Assembly: GCA_002269645.1 (NCBI GenBank)
Contig: NIVC01003367.1
Span: forward strand, 1-37,270
From: Macrostomum lignano
Lineage: Eukaryota
Reading direction: 5' to 3'
DNA: 37,270 bases
Shown here: piece after piece, positions 34,562 through 37,270 of the stretch
Layout of the letters: every line of letters begins with the position of its first letter
Numbering within the stretch: position 1 is the stretch's first letter
Program-made: the position numbers and the translations under genes
Notes under the pieces: model-generated
Databases searched by the model: none
Told to the model about the DNA's origin: nothing
The model's input: only the letters and a program-made list of their open reading frames with translations

Positions 34562-34649
34562 AGTGAGCTCAGGTGAGAACGGAGTTTCAAAGCATTCGAT
34601 AAATCTTCTTTAAAAATTGTTGCATTTTTGGTTCAATTTCGTACTGCAG

Positions 34650-34810
34650 ACTGCAAGCAGCTCAAGCCGGCAACTGCCAAGCAGCTTCCACAAGTCAGTG
34701 CAATCTTTTTAAATTCTAAATGTTGCTCTACGCCAATGGGAGTTCGGCATTTCCGTTGGCATGGCAACGATGACAACGTGCTTAGTGTCATCTCTAGGCC
34801 GGGTTGTCAG
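34650..34810 (+). CDS. Cupredoxin-like repeat protein, exon 8
   Basis: CTGCAG|AC..CAG|GTAAGA; open frame; phase 1 in, phase 0 out, matching its neighbours. Confidence 0.7.
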
Positions 34811-34896
34811 GTAAGAATTCGTGTACATGCGTGAACCTTGATTGTCCTTGTACACCTCTGCATACTCATCCACTTACCGCGTCCGCACACCTTCAG

Positions 34897-35948
34897 ACTC
34901 GCACTGTCCGCCTGACCGACTCCGGAAGCTTCGAACCGTCCGAGATCTTCGTCCAGCCCGGAGACTCCCTGCTGTGCAGCTGGCAGACCGGCAGGCGGAC
35001 CCTGCAGTTCGCCGACACAATCGGCGAAGTCGATGAATCATCTACCGACACCGACAGCCAGCAGAAACTCGGACAGTCCATCGATGGACCCTGCGTGCTG
35101 TCGTTTCACCTGCCGAGCTCAGCGACCGCAGCGATGCTGCCAGCGACAATCGAGTGCATCGAAGCAGATTCGACCTGACCAGCGACTCCGGCAGCCAGCT
35201 TCGGGTACATCGCCGATCAACCGCAGGGCAGAGACAAATCCGACTGATGGATCTGACCACCAAGTCCGTAAGCCGAACGACAGTTCTCGCTCAGCTTGGC
35301 GACCTGGCCGTCTGGATGTTCAACAGTCCCGATGACGCCGTGAAAGCGGTGCAATCTCTGAACGCCAAGTCTTTGGATGTTAAAAGCCGCATTGTCGAGC
35401 AGTGTCTCGACAGTCCAGGACCTGTCACCGTGTCCAATGTCAGCTTGTTCGTGGCGCAAGATGCTGACAGGTCAATGCAAGAGCTGGACTTTGATGCCAC
35501 AGTGGGAATGTCGGTTAGCACAGGGAAGGTCCGTCCCAGCCTGGTCACCGTACCGAGAGGAGGCTGCGTCCTCATCAGTCTCACCGGTTCCATCAACTCT
35601 GAACAACCGAATTCCGAACTGCATAAGATCGACAATGATGGAAAAAAGTCGGCAAATAAACAAAATAACGAGGACGGCGTAAAAAATTGACAAAATCAAT
35701 CCGAAAAAATTTCGTTGCATCTTCAATCGGTGCGGTATCTACCGGTTCGCGATAATGACGGAGTCTGGAAGCACAGGCGGCGGACTAGCCTGCGTCATTG
35801 TCCTGTGGCGACCCGAGCTGACGCCGAAGCCTCAGCTGGATTGGTCGGCTGGAAAGCCACAGTTCCGCTGCAGTCGGGCTGAGGACGCGGGGGAACCGGT
35901 AGACGTGTACTTCACCACCGATGGGTCCTGTCCGTGGCCGCACAGAGA
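34897..35948 (+). CDS. Cupredoxin-like repeat protein, exon 9 (two apparent 1-nt frameshifts; 3' donor uncertain)
   Basis: CTTCAG|ACT; TRTVRLTDSGSFEPSEIFVQPGDSLLCSW; a shift at about 35110-35175 into VLAQLGDLAVWMF..GKVRPSLVTVPRGGCVLI; a shift at the A6 run 35681-35686 into KFRCIFNRCGIYRF..GLACVIV..VDVYFTTDGSCP. Confidence 0.7.
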
Positions 35949-36082
35949 GTCTGTTCGAGTGAGCAATTTGAACATCGCAAGAGATGTAGAACTAAAGGGA
36001 TCATGAAGACAGCTCTAAGATAGAAAGATAATATTGACATCAGGGTAGACTGTGGGAAACACTAAAAGGATAGACAATAAGA

Positions 36083-37162
36083 CAGCTGAGACAGACATTG
36101 AGACAGACACTGAGACAGAAACTGAGACAGACACTGAGACAGACACTGAGACAGACACTGAGACAGAAACTGAGACAGACACTGAGACAGACACTGAGAC
36201 AGACACTGAGACAGACACTGAGACAGACACTGAGACAGACACTGAGGCACTGAGACAGACACTGAAACAGACAGAGACAGACACTGAAACAGACACTCAG
36301 ACACTGAGACAGGCACTGAGACAGGCACTGAGACAGACACTGAGACAGAAACTGAGACAGACACTGAGACAGACACTGAGACAGACACTGAGACAGACAC
36401 TGAGACAGACACTGAGACAGACACTGAGGCACTGAGACAGACACTGAAACAGACAGAGACAGACACTGAAACAGACACTCAGACACTGAGACAGGCACTG
36501 AGACAGGCACTGAGACAGACACTGAGACAGAAACTGAGACAGACACTGAGACAGACACTGAGACAGACACTGAGACAGACACTGAGACAGAAACTGAGAC
36601 AGACACTGAGACAGACACTGAGACAGACACTGAGACAGACCACTGAGACAGACACTAAGACACTGAGACAGACACTGAGACAGACACTGAGACAGACACT
36701 GAGACAGACACTGAGACAGACACTGAGACAGACACTGAGACAGACACTGAGACAGACACTGAGACAGACACTGAGACAGACACTGAGGCACTGAGACAGA
36801 CACTGAAACAGACACTCAGACACTGAGACAGGCACTGAGACAGGCACTGAGACAGACACTGAGACAGGCACTGAGACAGGCACTGAGACAGACACTGAGA
36901 CAGACACTGAGACAGACACTGAGACAGACACTGAGACAGACACTGAGACAGACACTGAGACAGACACTGAGACAGACACTGAGACAGACACTGAGACAGA
37001 GACACTGCGACAGACACTGAGACAGACACTGAGACAGACACTGAGACAGACACTGAGACAGGCACTGAGACAGACACCGAGACAGACACTGAGACAGGCA
37101 CTGAGACAGACACTGAGACAGACACCGAGACAGACACTGAGACAGACAGACACTGAGACAGA
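36083..37162. repeat. 12-bp minisatellite (GAGACAGACACT)n, intron 9
   Basis: Direct reading; one substitution away from the intron 7 unit. Confidence 0.97.
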
Positions 37163-37187
37163 CATTCCGCAAACCTCGACCCCACAG

Positions 37188-37270
37188 CGTCGCCCGCGCC
37201 GGCCAGCCCATCAAACTACCTCCATCTACGAGCCTGGATCAAACAATCTGCATTCGAGCTGTGGCCATCA
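37188..37270 (+). CDS. Cupredoxin-like repeat protein, exon 10 (partial; runs off the window)
   Basis: CCCCACAG|C; the phase-2 frame VARAGQPIKLPPSTSLDQTICIRAVAI completes the YFTTDGS.P...PI.L...TI.IRAVA pattern of Fn3-associated/chitobiase-C-like domains. Confidence 0.7.

Noticed and set aside
33302-34590. Long LRQA/LKQT, SVCL and PVSV repeat ORFs (also 36015-37214)
   Set aside because: Translations of 12-bp intronic satellites in all frames. The spliced gene skips them, and the exon 7 frame stops at 33403-33405 if the intron is retained.

Overview
Animal (eukaryotic) genomic DNA with GC-rich exons, AT-rich spacers and introns filled with minisatellites. This style suggests a free-living flatworm such as Macrostomum lignano, but that is inference, not shown by the sequence. 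Three spliced genes can be rebuilt by hand. (1) A divergent Wee1-type kinase (+, 9805-12165), whose N-terminal region is split by a TGATG stop/start overlap and whose catalytic loop reads HLDCSTGN. (2) A stomatin/band-7 gene (-, 23861-26512). (3) An uncharacterised, probably myristoylated protein with about seven cupredoxin-like repeats and an Fn3-associated-like domain (+, 29418 to beyond the window end; ten exons seen, two apparent 1-nt frameshifts, a perfect RFX X-box in intron 3). There is also a disabled Runt-domain (RUNX) exon at 20240-20552, whose conserved part is missed by the ORF track. Mobile DNA comprises a full-length tRNA-derived SINE abutting a hAT MITE (insertion order readable from their TSDs), a second SINE copy in the Wee1 intron, hAT-Charlie-type MITEs, a THAP-domain transposon relic, CCATAGA-ended MITEs, a modular foldback element and about 15 tandem-repeat arrays. 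No rRNA, functional tRNA or CRISPR array is supported. Several single-base frameshifts may be assembly errors and need read-level checking.
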